From Desulfobacterales bacterium (GTDB lineage: Bacteria; Desulfobacterota; Desulfobacteria; Desulfobacterales; UBA2174), in NCBI GenBank assembly GCA_963668645.2, contig CAXXWC010000021.1:384001-448000 (forward strand): DNA of 64,000 nucleotides. Reading direction: 5' to 3'. The position numbers and the translations under genes were made by a program. Below, in pieces: positions 10,526 to 20,778 of the stretch; position 1 is the first letter of the stretch; each line of letters begins with the position of its first letter. The notes beneath the pieces were generated by a model. The model ran no database searches. It was not told where the DNA came from and worked only from the letters and a program-made list of their open reading frames with translations.

Positions 10526-13500
10526 CTATTCCAGGTATTTTTCCAGGTCCACCGCATCTATCTGTTCCGGCCGCAGATATTTTCTTGCATAATCCAAGTG
10601 CACATTATTTTTCAGAAAAAGTTCAAAAAGATCTGGATCAATATGCCCGTCTTTTTTCATAAACGACATAATGCGAATGGATTCGTTTAAGGTTTTAGCC
10701 TTCTTATAAGGCCTGTCCGATGCGGTCAGCGCCTCAAAAATATCAGCAATAGCAAGAATGCGGGCCTGAATGGACATTTGTTCCTGTTTTAATTTCCGTG
10801 GATATCCGGATCCGATCATTGTTTCATGGTGAGCACCGGCATATTCCGGGACATGGTGGCTTGATTCCGGAAACGGCAGTTGTTCCAGCATGCGGATGGT
10901 CTGGATCACATGTTCGTTAATTTTGAATCGCTCTTCTGGCGTGAGGGTACCTCTTTCAATCCCCAAATTATACAGTTCCCCTTGGTTGTAAAGATGTTCC
11001 GGGATATCTATGGTCACCCCCATGTCATGGAGCTCTTTGACCAAATCCTGACTGGTCCGATGTATGATATGCCAAGGCTGGTCTGAAAGCAATTTTTCTT
11101 CCGCAGGCAGTCCCCGCACGGGTGAATCCGCCATCCGCATCAATTCCAAATGGGAAAGGCCCAGACGATCATTAAAATATCTTTGCCAGGTCCGTTCTGC
11201 GATTTTATTCATTCTATCTTTTTTTTCCGGTGCCATAAATTCGCCGCCCAGATTGCAATCGGCAATAAAAACAAAATCATCTTCCAACTTTCTGACTTCG
11301 GCATCAAATGCTTCCCTGGCCTGATCTGGATCAGTTTTTGCTTCAGACAATAGCTTTAGATATCTAATTTCCTCATCTCTTCGAAGCACTTCAAAACGAG
11401 TGCGTATTTCGTGAATCCGGTTGTAAATGGTTTCAAGCTTGGTGGCCTTGTCTACCACATATTCGGGTGTGGTCACTTTACCGCAGTCATGCAGCCATGA
11501 AGCCAAGTGTATTTCATAGGCCTGGTCCTCGTTAAGTTCAAAATCGGCAAACGGCTCTTCATCGGATTCAGTCGCTGCGTGTGCCAGCATCTTGGCGATT
11601 TCAGGCACCCGTTCGCAATGTCCGCCCGTATAGGGTGATTTGGTGTCGATAGCGGTGGCGATCAGTTTGATGAATGAATCAAAAAGGGCTTTCTGAGCCT
11701 CCAGCAGCTTCATATTTTCAAGGGTTACCGCGGATTGGGAAGCCAAAGCTTCCACAAACCGTGTAACCTCGTCACTGAATGGTATGACATCACCGGTTTT
11801 AGGATCCATGGCATTGATTAATTGAATAACCCCGATAACGTTTTCGCCGCCGGACCCGCCGCCTTGAGTTTTCAACGGCGCGGTTAAAAAGGAAACAGAT
11901 CGGTAGCCCGTCGCCTGGTCAAACCGGCGGGTGCCCGAGAAATCGAACTGATCATTGTGGTAAGCATCCGGTATGTTGATAGTTTCCCCGGAAAGTGCCA
12001 CATGGGTGGATATGTTGTGATGGTTGGGCTTGCCGGTTTCAGGATCATAAAGCGGGATTTGGTTAAAAGGAAGTTTGTCCGTCATGGTGCGTACGGCAAA
12101 TTCAATATGATCATCCGGAGTCCGGATATAAAGCGTGGCGGCATCGGCATGGGTCAGATTTCTGGCACCTTCTAATATATTCTTTAATATTCTTTCCGTA
12201 CTGCGTTGGGATGAAAGCTGAATACCGAATTCAACCAATTTTTCCAGCTTCTCCTGGGTCCGAATCAGGCTTTCGGTTTTCTCCTTGATCGTGGTCTTCA
12301 TTACTTCGCTGGCCCCGGCCAACTCCCGGACCTCGCTGATAGCCGATTTCACCGGTGCCGACGGTTCAAAGTCGAAATTCTGTATGCGTTCGGCCTCGGC
12401 CGCCAATTGCCGCACCGAGTGTGAGGCGCGGCGCGCGGCCACGACGGTGGCCGGAATGATAAGTACCAGAAGAGCGGAGGCGATGAGGATGATTCTCCAA
12501 GCCATGCGGCCGATGAATCCCACTATGTCGGTCAGCGGCGCGGCCGTCACTATGGTCAGATCCAGCCCCCCGCCTTCGGCCGCGGAAGTTGCGGAAACCA
12601 GATAGACATCGCCCTTATCCTTGACAAGGAAGGATTCCCCCAGGCTCACTCCGTCTCCCCGGTCCATGGCGGTCGCAACCGCGCGCACCAGCGAGTCGGG
12701 CGCATCGAGGGCCGGGGGCAGACTCGGGTCCTCGCCAATGACGTCTTTCCAAACCAGTCCGGGAAAAGCCACCAACCGGGCCCGGCTGTCCAGGATCCAT
12801 AGGGTTCCGCGCCGGCCGACTTTCTGCTGCGCCAACATATCGCCCAGTTGGTCCAGGGTCACATCGGCCCCGAAAACCCCCCCGCCATCGGTCAGTTCAC
12901 GGGCGCAGGTCACACCGGGCAGGCGCGAACTGCTGAATACATACGGCTCGCTATAAATGCTGCGCCCCGCACCAAGAGCTTTTTTATACCAAGGCCGGCT
13001 CGTGGGGTCGTATTTCGCGGTCCCGTCCTGGCGGGACGATAATATGGACAATTCCTCGTCCAGAAAGTGCCACTCCTGCTCGCGGGTCCCTTCCGGTCCG
13101 GTCTTCTTGATGGTCCGGTCTATGTAAGCCGTCCCGGCCGGCGCCCCGTATTTTTCCAAGATGGCGGAACTACCCCGCGGGGAGATGAGCATGTGAAACT
13201 CGCCGTCCGAATAGCCTAGGTAAACGGACATGAGTTCCGGACGACTCTCAAGCAGGGTTTTCATGGGCCGTATTTGGTGCTCGAAAGACCTTTCTTCCGT
13301 CGGACCCGGCGTGCCCTGAAAGATCAATTCGGCCATGTCGGTCAGGGTCGATATGGACCCGACAGTCACCTTGATACGGGCAATGGTCTTATTGGAAATC
13401 TCCGCAAAAAGCGTTTCCGCGGATTTGAGGGCAACTGCGTTGCTTTCATACTTGGTTACTATTAGCACCGTGGACACCATCAGTACCGAGATGGCCAGGG

Positions 13501-13555
13501 TGATGAAAACGATCATGGAAGAAAGCGAAATATTGAAGCGACTACCGGCCTTCAT
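10526..13555 (-). CDS. Membrane HD-GYP phosphodiesterase with Cache, HAMP and GAF domains
   Basis: YDPTSRPWY (Cache), GAF, TGGHCERV, LHDCGKV, HHETMIGSGYP, ADIFEALTASDRPYK. Confidence 0.92.
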   Translation of the reverse strand: MKAGSRFNISLSSMIVFITLAISVLMVSTVLIVTKYESNAVALKSAETLFAEISNKTIARIKVTVGSISTLTDMAELIFQGTPGPTEERSFEHQIRPMKTLLESRPELMSVYLGYSDGEFHMLISPRGSSAILEKYGAPAGTAYIDRTIKKTGPEGTREQEWHFLDEELSILSSRQDGTAKYDPTSRPWYKKALGAGRSIYSEPYVFSSSRLPGVTCARELTDGGGVFGADVTLDQLGDMLAQQKVGRRGTLWILDSRARLVAFPGLVWKDVIGEDPSLPPALDAPDSLVRAVATAMDRGDGVSLGESFLVKDKGDVYLVSATSAAEGGGLDLTIVTAAPLTDIVGFIGRMAWRIILIASALLVLIIPATVVAARRASHSVRQLAAEAERIQNFDFEPSAPVKSAISEVRELAGASEVMKTTIKEKTESLIRTQEKLEKLVEFGIQLSSQRSTERILKNILEGARNLTHADAATLYIRTPDDHIEFAVRTMTDKLPFNQIPLYDPETGKPNHHNISTHVALSGETINIPDAYHNDQFDFSGTRRFDQATGYRSVSFLTAPLKTQGGGSGGENVIGVIQLINAMDPKTGDVIPFSDEVTRFVEALASQSAVTLENMKLLEAQKALFDSFIKLIATAIDTKSPYTGGHCERVPEIAKMLAHAATESDEEPFADFELNEDQAYEIHLASWLHDCGKVTTPEYVVDKATKLETIYNRIHEIRTRFEVLRRDEEIRYLKLLSEAKTDPDQAREAFDAEVRKLEDDFVFIADCNLGGEFMAPEKKDRMNKIAERTWQRYFNDRLGLSHLELMRMADSPVRGLPAEEKLLSDQPWHIIHRTSQDLVKELHDMGVTIDIPEHLYNQGELYNLGIERGTLTPEERFKINEHVIQTIRMLEQLPFPESSHHVPEYAGAHHETMIGSGYPRKLKQEQMSIQARILAIADIFEALTASDRPYKKAKTLNESIRIMSFMKKDGHIDPDLFELFLKNNVHLDYARKYLRPEQIDAVDLEKYLE

Positions 13556-14314
13556 CAGTCACAATCCTTTTTGACGTAGGTGATCAGATTCAACTGGCCA
13601 GGATCCTTGGCAACACTTTCGTGCTCGCTGTAGGTCCCCATGATCTGAACCTGGTAGCTCTGGCCTTTGTGACCGCTGTGGGCCGCATCCGGATCGGACG
13701 GGTTTTGCAGCGAACCGGAACGGACCTGTTTGGGCGCCTTGACCTCGATGGTGCCATCGGCATGCACATCCAACCGGTCTTTGGCATGGAACACATCATT
13801 TTCGAGCCCCAATTCTGTGGCCAAAATGCGCATGTTCCACAGGCTCTTGGGGCAGATGTATTTGGCCTCGTCGCTTTCTTCATACAGGTCCAGCGCATAG
13901 TGCCACTGGAGGCTGAACGCCAGTTGCTCGCACGTTTCACGGTCTGTCAGGTCATAGGTTTGCTGTAAGGCCAGCGCACCGAGAACGGTATGAGGCTCCT
14001 TGGTCGGTCGACCTTGGTCGCGGGGAAAAAGCAAAGCGAGTTTTTCCACAGGCAATTGGTCAAGGATGTGATTGCGGAAAACCGCGGGCCATCCCTGTTC
14101 GAGGATTTCGCGGCGTTTGGGACTGGTAAACTGCCACGGGTCGAACAAATGTTGCTGTTTTCGGTCTTTTATTCGAAGCATGGCTTCCTCATGGCAACAT
14201 GTCGGATTTGTTAAAAATATTGCCATAAAGAACTGATTTTGTCAACAGGTTTCAAATATTTTTATGCCGATTTTTCAACATGTTAGACAGCGGGCACTTT
14301 CTACGAAGGCATCA
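13555..14314 (-). pseudogene. IS1182-like transposase remnant with one IS end; internally deleted and truncated
   Basis: ORF 14181-13555 has a DUF772-like N-terminus and SLQNPSDPDA...KGQSYQVQ; end motif TGATGCCTTCGTAGAAAG at 14314-14297. Confidence 0.75.
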
Positions 14315-14534
14315 ATCTTCTCTAACCAGTACCCATCCATAAACTGTGCAAGCAGCCCCCGCCGAGTTACGAAGAACATTTCTTATCGATAAGTGGCCAC
14401 GGAAAGAAGGAATTGGTATCTGGGGTGATCCCGGGCTGACGAAGAAATATTTGCGGTTAAAGTCGAAATGGGGGACAGTCGGCTTCCAAGCTGAGGTAAC
14501 GTTGAGATACACGGAGTCAGGCTAAAGGCCAAGG

Positions 14535-14768
14535 TCATTCTTTTTGCAAAATGGACTTAACAACATGCTTCGGGACGATATTGGCCGTTTGTGTCTTTTC
14601 GTCATACACAATGAAGATATCCTTGAGCTTCAACTGTTTCATGACCAAATCGACATTGTCTTCCAGGCTGCCCTTGGTATAGCCGGTATCCGTTCCCGGC
14701 CGGGTGACAAATTCCTCGATTAGACCACGTAGGGCCTCAGGGCTCAACTTTTCGTAAGGGACGATCAT
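14535..14768 (-). CDS. YheU (UPF0270) family protein
   Basis: MIVPYEKLSPEALRGLIEEFVTR-GTD pattern. Confidence 0.85.
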   Translation of the reverse strand: MIVPYEKLSPEALRGLIEEFVTRPGTDTGYTKGSLEDNVDLVMKQLKLKDIFIVYDEKTQTANIVPKHVVKSILQKE

Positions 14769-14973
14769 TCGCTTTCTCTATCTGCTTCAGCTTCTCAAGC
14801 TTCTACTCATGGATCAATTTTTCCAGGTCATCCGTTTAATTGCTACCCTAAACGGCCTGCCGATTCCTGTTGCGCTCGAATCCTGAATCCCCCGTCCCGA
14901 TGATCACCACCGCTTTTTTCTGGGTTCTTTTCGAAGGCTGCCAACCGCATTTGTCAGATCAGGGTAAAAACGA

Positions 14974-15135
14974 TGTCAATGGGAATGAAAAGTGTACCAG
15001 TTATGGGAAAATAAAAGTGTACCACCGCGCTGGTTAATTCCGTGCCTCCTGGGCCGCTGCCGGCGGAACCGGGTGGCGTCCGAACTCGTTCTTTGAAAAA
15101 TTGTGTTTCCTGAGCCGATAGCTGTGTCCTTTGAT
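14974..15135 (-). mobile_element. IS21-family right-end fragment with istB 3' end
   Basis: TGTCAA end with two subterminal repeats ATGGGAA..AAAAGTGTACCA; minus strand encodes IKGHSYRLRK...stop. Confidence 0.8.
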
Positions 15136-16148
15136 TGTCTTAATTGCCAGTTTATGACACCGTCGAACTGAGGAAATTGGGTGACACTCCCAAGTGTAAG
15201 AACCTATTGCACAGAAAGGAGTGAACCTAAATGAAAAATCCGAAAAAGCCGGCTGGTAGAAGCCGTCAAAAGCCGGCCCGCATCTACGCTTACCCGTTTG
15301 AATTTCGTTTGAGGGTTGTCCGGCTGCACCTGGAGGAAGGCTATAGCGCAGTGCTGCTGGCCGAGCAGTTTGGTGTCAGTGCCCATAGCGTTCAGCGTTG
15401 GGTCACGGCCTATCGGCAAGGCGGGGCTGACGGATTACACCCCAAGCCGCGTTCCGGAGGAAGTGGCCGACGTGTGCCAGAGGAGGTACGTGCCCGGATC
15501 GTTGAAGAAAAAGTGCGCCATCCGCACTACGGGCCGCGGCGCATCGCCGACGTGCTCAAACGGTTTTTCTTTATTCGCACCAGTCCGGCCACGGCGCACC
15601 GGACCCTGTCGGCGCAGGGACTGACACAAAAGAGGCGGACCAAACCGGTCAAAAATCCTTCCAAGCCGCGGTTTTTCGAACGCGCGCGGCCTAACCAGAT
15701 GTGGCAAAGCGATATCATGACGTTTCGTCTGGCAGGCCGCAACGCCTACCTGATCGGGTACCTGGATGACTACTCTCGCTACATCACGGGCTTGGGGCTG
15801 TATCGCAGTCAGACCGCCGAGCATGTGATCGAGACCTACCGGCGGGCGGTGGCCGAATATGGGGTGCCGCGTGAGATGCTCACCGACAATGGGCGCCAGT
15901 ACACCAACTGGCGCGGAAAAACGCGCTTTGAGCGCGAGATGAAAAAGGACCGGATCAAGCATATCCGTTCTCGTCCGCACCATCCGATGACGCTGGGCAA
16001 GATCGAGCGATTCTGGAAATCGATCCTGACCGAATTTCTCCAGCGGGCGCAGTTCGACAGCTTTGAAAATGCGCTGTCGCGCTGCATGTTGTGGGTCAAG
16101 TACTACAACCACAAGCGCCCCCACCAAGGTATTGGAGGGCTGTGCCCC
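15136..16148 (+). mobile_element. IS481-family element, right part lost; transposase ORF 15231-16163
   Basis: TGT terminus at 15136; HTH plus rve core (WQSD, LDDYSR, LTDNG, GKIERFW, YNHKRPHQGIGG); ORF runs into unrelated DNA after GGLCP. Confidence 0.85.
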
Positions 16149-16301
16149 CATTGTATTGTTTGACTGTAATCCTACGCGGTTTCCCAAAAGCGGCAATTTT
16201 CGATTTTCTCCCTTCTAAAGGTTTGATAGTATCTATCTGAAATCTGGAAAGAAGCGGATGCTGGACATACTTTCTACGAAAACACCAGAACTGCGGACAC
16301 C

Positions 16302-17696
16302 ATGCGCTATCAAACCACCGTCCATCGCCAGGTCTTCGATTTCGGCGATTTGAAAACCCTCATGGCCAGGGCCACTCCCCTGCGGTCCGGCGACCAATTG
16401 GCGGGAGTCGCAGCCGAAAACGACCTGGAGCGGGTGGCTGCCCAGATGGTGCTGGCCGACGTGCCGTTGGCGCAGTTTCTCAACGAGGCCGTGGTCCCCT
16501 ATGAATGCGACGAAATCACCCGCCTGATCATGGACCGCCACGATGCCGCCGCCTTTGCCCCGGTGCGCCACCTCACCGTGGGCGGTTTTCGCAACTGGCT
16601 GCTCTCGAAGGCGGCCGGCAGCGAGGCGCTGGCAGGGCTGGCCGCGGGGCTGACGCCGGAGATGGCGGCGGCCGTCTCCAAAATCATGCGAAACCAGGAT
16701 CTGATCCTGGTGGCCAAAAAATGCCGGGTGGCCACCCGCTTTCGCAACACCATCGGGCTGGAGAACCGGATGAGCACGCGGCTGCAGGCCAACCATCCCA
16801 CCGACGATCCGGCCGGGGTGGCGGCCGGCATCCTCGACGGGCTGCTCTACGGCAGCGGGGACGCCGTCATCGGCATCAACCCGGCGTCGGACAATCTCCA
16901 GAACACTTTGGCCTTGATCCAAATGCTCGGCGACATCATCGAAAAGTATTGCATTCCGACCCAGTCCTGCGTCCTGGCCCACGTCACCACGACGCTGCGG
17001 GCCATGGAAAAAGGCGCACCGGTCGACCTGGTCTTCCAGTCCATCGCCGGCACGGAGAAGGCCAACGCCGGCTTCGGGGTCCATCTCGCCTTGCTGCGCG
17101 AAGCCCGGGAGGCGGCCCTGGCCCTGGGCCGGGGAACCCTGGGCGACAACCTCATGTATTTTGAAACCGGCCAGGGCAGCGCCCTTTCTGCCGGGGCCCA
17201 CCACGGCGTGGACCAGCAGACCCTGGAGGCCAGGGCCTATGCGGTGGCCCGCGAGTTCTCGCCCCTGCTGGTCAACACCGTGGTGGGGTTCATCGGGCCG
17301 GAATACCTTTACAACGGCAAGCAGATCATTCGGGCCGGGCTGGAGGATCATTTCTGCGGCAAGCTCCTCGGCCTGCCTATGGGCTGCGACATCTGCCATA
17401 CCAACCACGCCGAGGCCGACCCGGACGACATGGATACCCTGCTGACCCTGTTCGCCGTGGCCGGCGGCACCTTCATCATGGGGGTTCCCGGCGCCGACGA
17501 CGTCATGCTCAACTACCAGGCCACCTCCTTTCACGACGCCCTTTACGTGCGCCAGGTCCTGGGGCTGCGGCCCGCTCCGGAATTCGAAGCCTGGCTCGTG
17601 CAGCACAGCATCTTCGACAGGCGCAACCGACTGGCGGCGCAAACTGGGATCCCCCGGATTTTTCGCAGCGCCGTCCTGCCGGAGCCGGTCCGATGA
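16302..17696 (+). CDS. eutB: Ethanolamine ammonia-lyase large subunit
   Basis: ATPLRSGDQLAG, MYFETGQGSALS, VNTVVGFIGPEYLY. Confidence 0.97.
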   Translation: MRYQTTVHRQVFDFGDLKTLMARATPLRSGDQLAGVAAENDLERVAAQMVLADVPLAQFLNEAVVPYECDEITRLIMDRHDAAAFAPVRHLTVGGFRNWLLSKAAGSEALAGLAAGLTPEMAAAVSKIMRNQDLILVAKKCRVATRFRNTIGLENRMSTRLQANHPTDDPAGVAAGILDGLLYGSGDAVIGINPASDNLQNTLALIQMLGDIIEKYCIPTQSCVLAHVTTTLRAMEKGAPVDLVFQSIAGTEKANAGFGVHLALLREAREAALALGRGTLGDNLMYFETGQGSALSAGAHHGVDQQTLEARAYAVAREFSPLLVNTVVGFIGPEYLYNGKQIIRAGLEDHFCGKLLGLPMGCDICHTNHAEADPDDMDTLLTLFAVAGGTFIMGVPGADDVMLNYQATSFHDALYVRQVLGLRPAPEFEAWLVQHSIFDRRNRLAAQTGIPRIFRSAVLPEPVR

Positions 17697-18499
17697 CGAA
17701 TCACGACCCTGCGGTTTGTCCGCCGGACCTCTGGCAGATCCTGAAACGGTTCACCAATGCCCGCATCGCCCTGGGCCGGGCCGGCATGAGCCAGCCCACC
17801 GGCGCGCACCTGGCCTTCCAACTGGCCCATGCACGGGCCAGGGACGCGGTCAATCTTCCCCTGGATTTCGATAAGCTGGAAAAAGAGCTGGAGGACGCCG
17901 GCCTAGAGACCATCCGGTTATCCAGCGCCGCGCCGGACCACCACACCTACCTTCAGCGTCCGGACAAGGGGCGCCTGTTGGATGCGGCCTCGCAGGAAAA
18001 GTTCGCCGAAGCTGCCGGACAGTCACGGCCGGACATTGCCGTGGTGATCTGCGACGGCCTTTCCTCCTCGGCCATCGCGCACCACGCGGCCCGATTTACC
18101 CGGATACTTGTGCGGGCCTTGTCCCGCAGAAGCTACCGGATTGCGCCGGTCTGCCTGGTGGCCCGGGGGCGGGTTGCCGTGGGCGATCAGGTCGGGGAAA
18201 GGCTCTTTGCGCGAATGGCCGTGGTGCTCATTGGCGAGCGGCCCGGCCTGAGCTCGCCGGACAGCATGGGGATCTACTTCACTTACGGACCCCGAACCGG
18301 CGCCACCGACGCGGACCGCAACTGCATCTCCAACATCCACGCCAACGGCCTTTCCCATGAAGCGGCCCTGGAAAAACTCCTCTTTTTGATTACCGAGGCC
18401 GACCGTCGCAAACTTTCCGGGACCCGCCTCAAGGACGAAACCCCGGCCCTGCTGCCCCGGACCTCGCACGACCGGGAAAGGAACTTTTTGCTGGCATAG
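17693..18499 (+). CDS. eutC: Ethanolamine ammonia-lyase small subunit
   Basis: TNARIALGRAG, YLQRPDKGR, IGERPGLSSPDSMG, RNCISNI; ATGA overlap with eutB. Confidence 0.96.
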   Translation: MTNHDPAVCPPDLWQILKRFTNARIALGRAGMSQPTGAHLAFQLAHARARDAVNLPLDFDKLEKELEDAGLETIRLSSAAPDHHTYLQRPDKGRLLDAASQEKFAEAAGQSRPDIAVVICDGLSSSAIAHHAARFTRILVRALSRRSYRIAPVCLVARGRVAVGDQVGERLFARMAVVLIGERPGLSSPDSMGIYFTYGPRTGATDADRNCISNIHANGLSHEAALEKLLFLITEADRRKLSGTRLKDETPALLPRTSHDRERNFLLA

Positions 18500-18570
18500 A
18501 ATCGTGCCCTAGCCGGTCTTGCTGGGGATGCAATGGACACTGCGGGGATCGTTGTATGTATCCGCCCTCG

Positions 18571-20534
18571 CTTGGGTTTGGGATTTGTAGGCAAAAAACA
18601 CCTCCGAAATTCGGCTCTCCACGAATTCGCACCTTATAAAAACAATTAGTTACAAAAAATTGAGCCGTTTTTTAAGCTCAAATGCTGTAGGCACACGAAT
18701 TCGCGGTTTAGGCCTTGACATAAAATATTTCAAACGCTATGTGGGTAAGCATGTACCTACGAACCACAAAGCGCACCAATAAGGACGGCTCAACGGTCGA
18801 ATACTTCCAACTCGCCCACAACGAGCGCGATCCCAAAACCCGTAAACCGGTCGCCAAAATCATCCACAACTTCGGGCGCACCGATCAACTCGATCGCGCT
18901 CAGCTCGTGCGCCTGTGCCGATCCATTGCACGGGTCTGCGGCCTGACCGTCACCGATCCGCTCGAAAACGACCAAGCGGTCTCGGCACTGGCTGACAGCC
19001 TCAAAATTCAAGAAACTCTCGCTTTCGGCTGCCCGCTGGTTATCGAAACCCTCTGGGAACGGTTGGGGCTTCGAAAGACCCTGGCCAACATCGTCAAGTC
19101 CAAAGGGGTTCGCATCAACTACGAACGGGCCCTGTTGGCCATGACCGCCAACCGGCTCTGTGAGCCCGAATCCAAGCTGGGCGTCTGGGATCGCTGGCTG
19201 TCCACGGTTTACCTGCCGTCATGCGACGGGCTGAAGCTCGATCACATGTACGAGGCCATGGATCTGCTCCACGAACATGCCGCCGAGATCGAAAAAAGCG
19301 TCTTTTTCCATACCGCCAACCTGTTCAACCTCACCGTGGATCTGATCTTCTACGACACCACCACGGCCTCGTTCCATGTCGACCGGGAAGATGACGGCGA
19401 CCGGCACGCCAACGCCACAATGCGCAAGTTCGGCCGCAACAAGGAAGGTACCTGGTCACCCCAAGTCGTCGTGGCCCTGGCCGTGACTCGCGAAGGCATC
19501 CCGGTGCGCAGTTGGGTGCTGCCGGGCAACACGGCCGATGTGGCCACCGTCGAAAAGATCCGCACCGACCTGCGGGGCTGGAACCTGGGTCGCGCCCTGT
19601 TTGTCGCCGACGCGGGCATGAATTCGCAGACCAACCGCGAAGAACTGGCCCGGGCTTGCGGCAAGTACCTTCTGGCCTGCCGGATGGCCAGCGTGGCCGA
19701 AATCAAACGCGATGTGCTGAGCAAACGCGGCCGCTACACTGTCATCCGAGACAACCTGCACGCAAAAGAAGTCATCGTTGGCGACGGCGAAAGGCGCAAG
19801 CGCTACATCCTGTGCTACAACCCCAAGGAAGCCAAACGCCAGCGGCTACACCGTGAAACGATCGTTCAGATGCTCGAAACCGAACTCGATCGGCACCCGG
19901 ACCCATCGGCCACGGCCCAGTGGGCGATCGAGCTGTTGGCCTCGGCGCGTTTCAAGCGGTATCTGCGCATCACCAAGGGCAACCAGGTCCGAATCGACCG
20001 GGCGGCCATCAAGGCGGCGGCCAAGTACGATGGCAAATGGGTGGTGGAAACCAACGACGATACCATCAGCCTCGAAGACGCCGCCTGCGGATACAAAGGG
20101 CTGATGGTCATTGAGCGCTGCTTTCGCTCGCTCAAACGCACCCAGATCAAGATGATGCCGATGTACCACTGGGCCTCGCGGCGCATTGAGGCCCATGTGA
20201 AGATCTGTGTGCTGGCGCTGATGATCGAGCGGGTGGCCGAACTCGAATGCGGCCTGCCCTGGCACCGAATTCGCCGGTCGCTGGACAAGCTGCAAGTCAC
20301 AAAACTTTTCAATTTAAATTACCGTGTGCTTATGCGCAACGAGATCCCCGTGAAAACTGCCAACATACTGAAAGCGCTTAAAATCAAATCTCCGCAGCAG
20401 GTCCTTTCACTGGAAAATCGGCCCTAAAAAGGGGCGAAAAATGTAGACACACGCTGAATTTCATTCATCGTCATAGATGCGCACCAGATAAGGGTTTGCG
20501 CCAATTCTGTGTTCCTACGTTTCCCAAACCCAAG
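18571..20534 (+). mobile_element. Complete IS1634-family element
   Basis: IRs CTTGGGTTTGGGA..TGTAGG / CCTACGTTTCCCAAACCCAAG; 5-bp TSD CCTCG at 18566-18570 and 20535-20539. Confidence 0.92.
18751..20427 (+). CDS. IS1634-family DDE transposase
   Basis: IFYDTTT, VADAGM, YKGLMVIERCFRSLK, RIEAHVKICVLA. Confidence 0.92.
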   Translation: MYLRTTKRTNKDGSTVEYFQLAHNERDPKTRKPVAKIIHNFGRTDQLDRAQLVRLCRSIARVCGLTVTDPLENDQAVSALADSLKIQETLAFGCPLVIETLWERLGLRKTLANIVKSKGVRINYERALLAMTANRLCEPESKLGVWDRWLSTVYLPSCDGLKLDHMYEAMDLLHEHAAEIEKSVFFHTANLFNLTVDLIFYDTTTASFHVDREDDGDRHANATMRKFGRNKEGTWSPQVVVALAVTREGIPVRSWVLPGNTADVATVEKIRTDLRGWNLGRALFVADAGMNSQTNREELARACGKYLLACRMASVAEIKRDVLSKRGRYTVIRDNLHAKEVIVGDGERRKRYILCYNPKEAKRQRLHRETIVQMLETELDRHPDPSATAQWAIELLASARFKRYLRITKGNQVRIDRAAIKAAAKYDGKWVVETNDDTISLEDAACGYKGLMVIERCFRSLKRTQIKMMPMYHWASRRIEAHVKICVLALMIERVAELECGLPWHRIRRSLDKLQVTKLFNLNYRVLMRNEIPVKTANILKALKIKSPQQVLSLENRP

Positions 20535-20778
20535 CCTCGGCACCGGCAAAGTTGCTGCGCATGATTGCGGCAGGCACATTGCCGATTGATGGGGCTGCCA
20601 CTTCTAAGGGGTTGAATTACTGTGTGATCGGCCTTGATTGAGCGCAGCGACCGGGCGGTTGGTTTTTTCGGACTTCAACGCCACAACACCGAAACGTGCG
20701 ATCCCACTCGTTTGAATCCGGGATCTTCCGTAACGATGGTGGCCACACTCTCCCAGGTCGCTGCCGCCCCCCAACCGA

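Noticed and set aside
14315..14520. Possible nuclease C-terminal fragment (RKEGIGIWGDP) on the + strand
   Set aside because: Too short and not confirmable without a search
14974..15024. Short tandem repeat as CRISPR or iterons
   Set aside because: Only two units with no spacers; explained as IS21 subterminal repeats. No CRISPR array or cas gene was seen in the window
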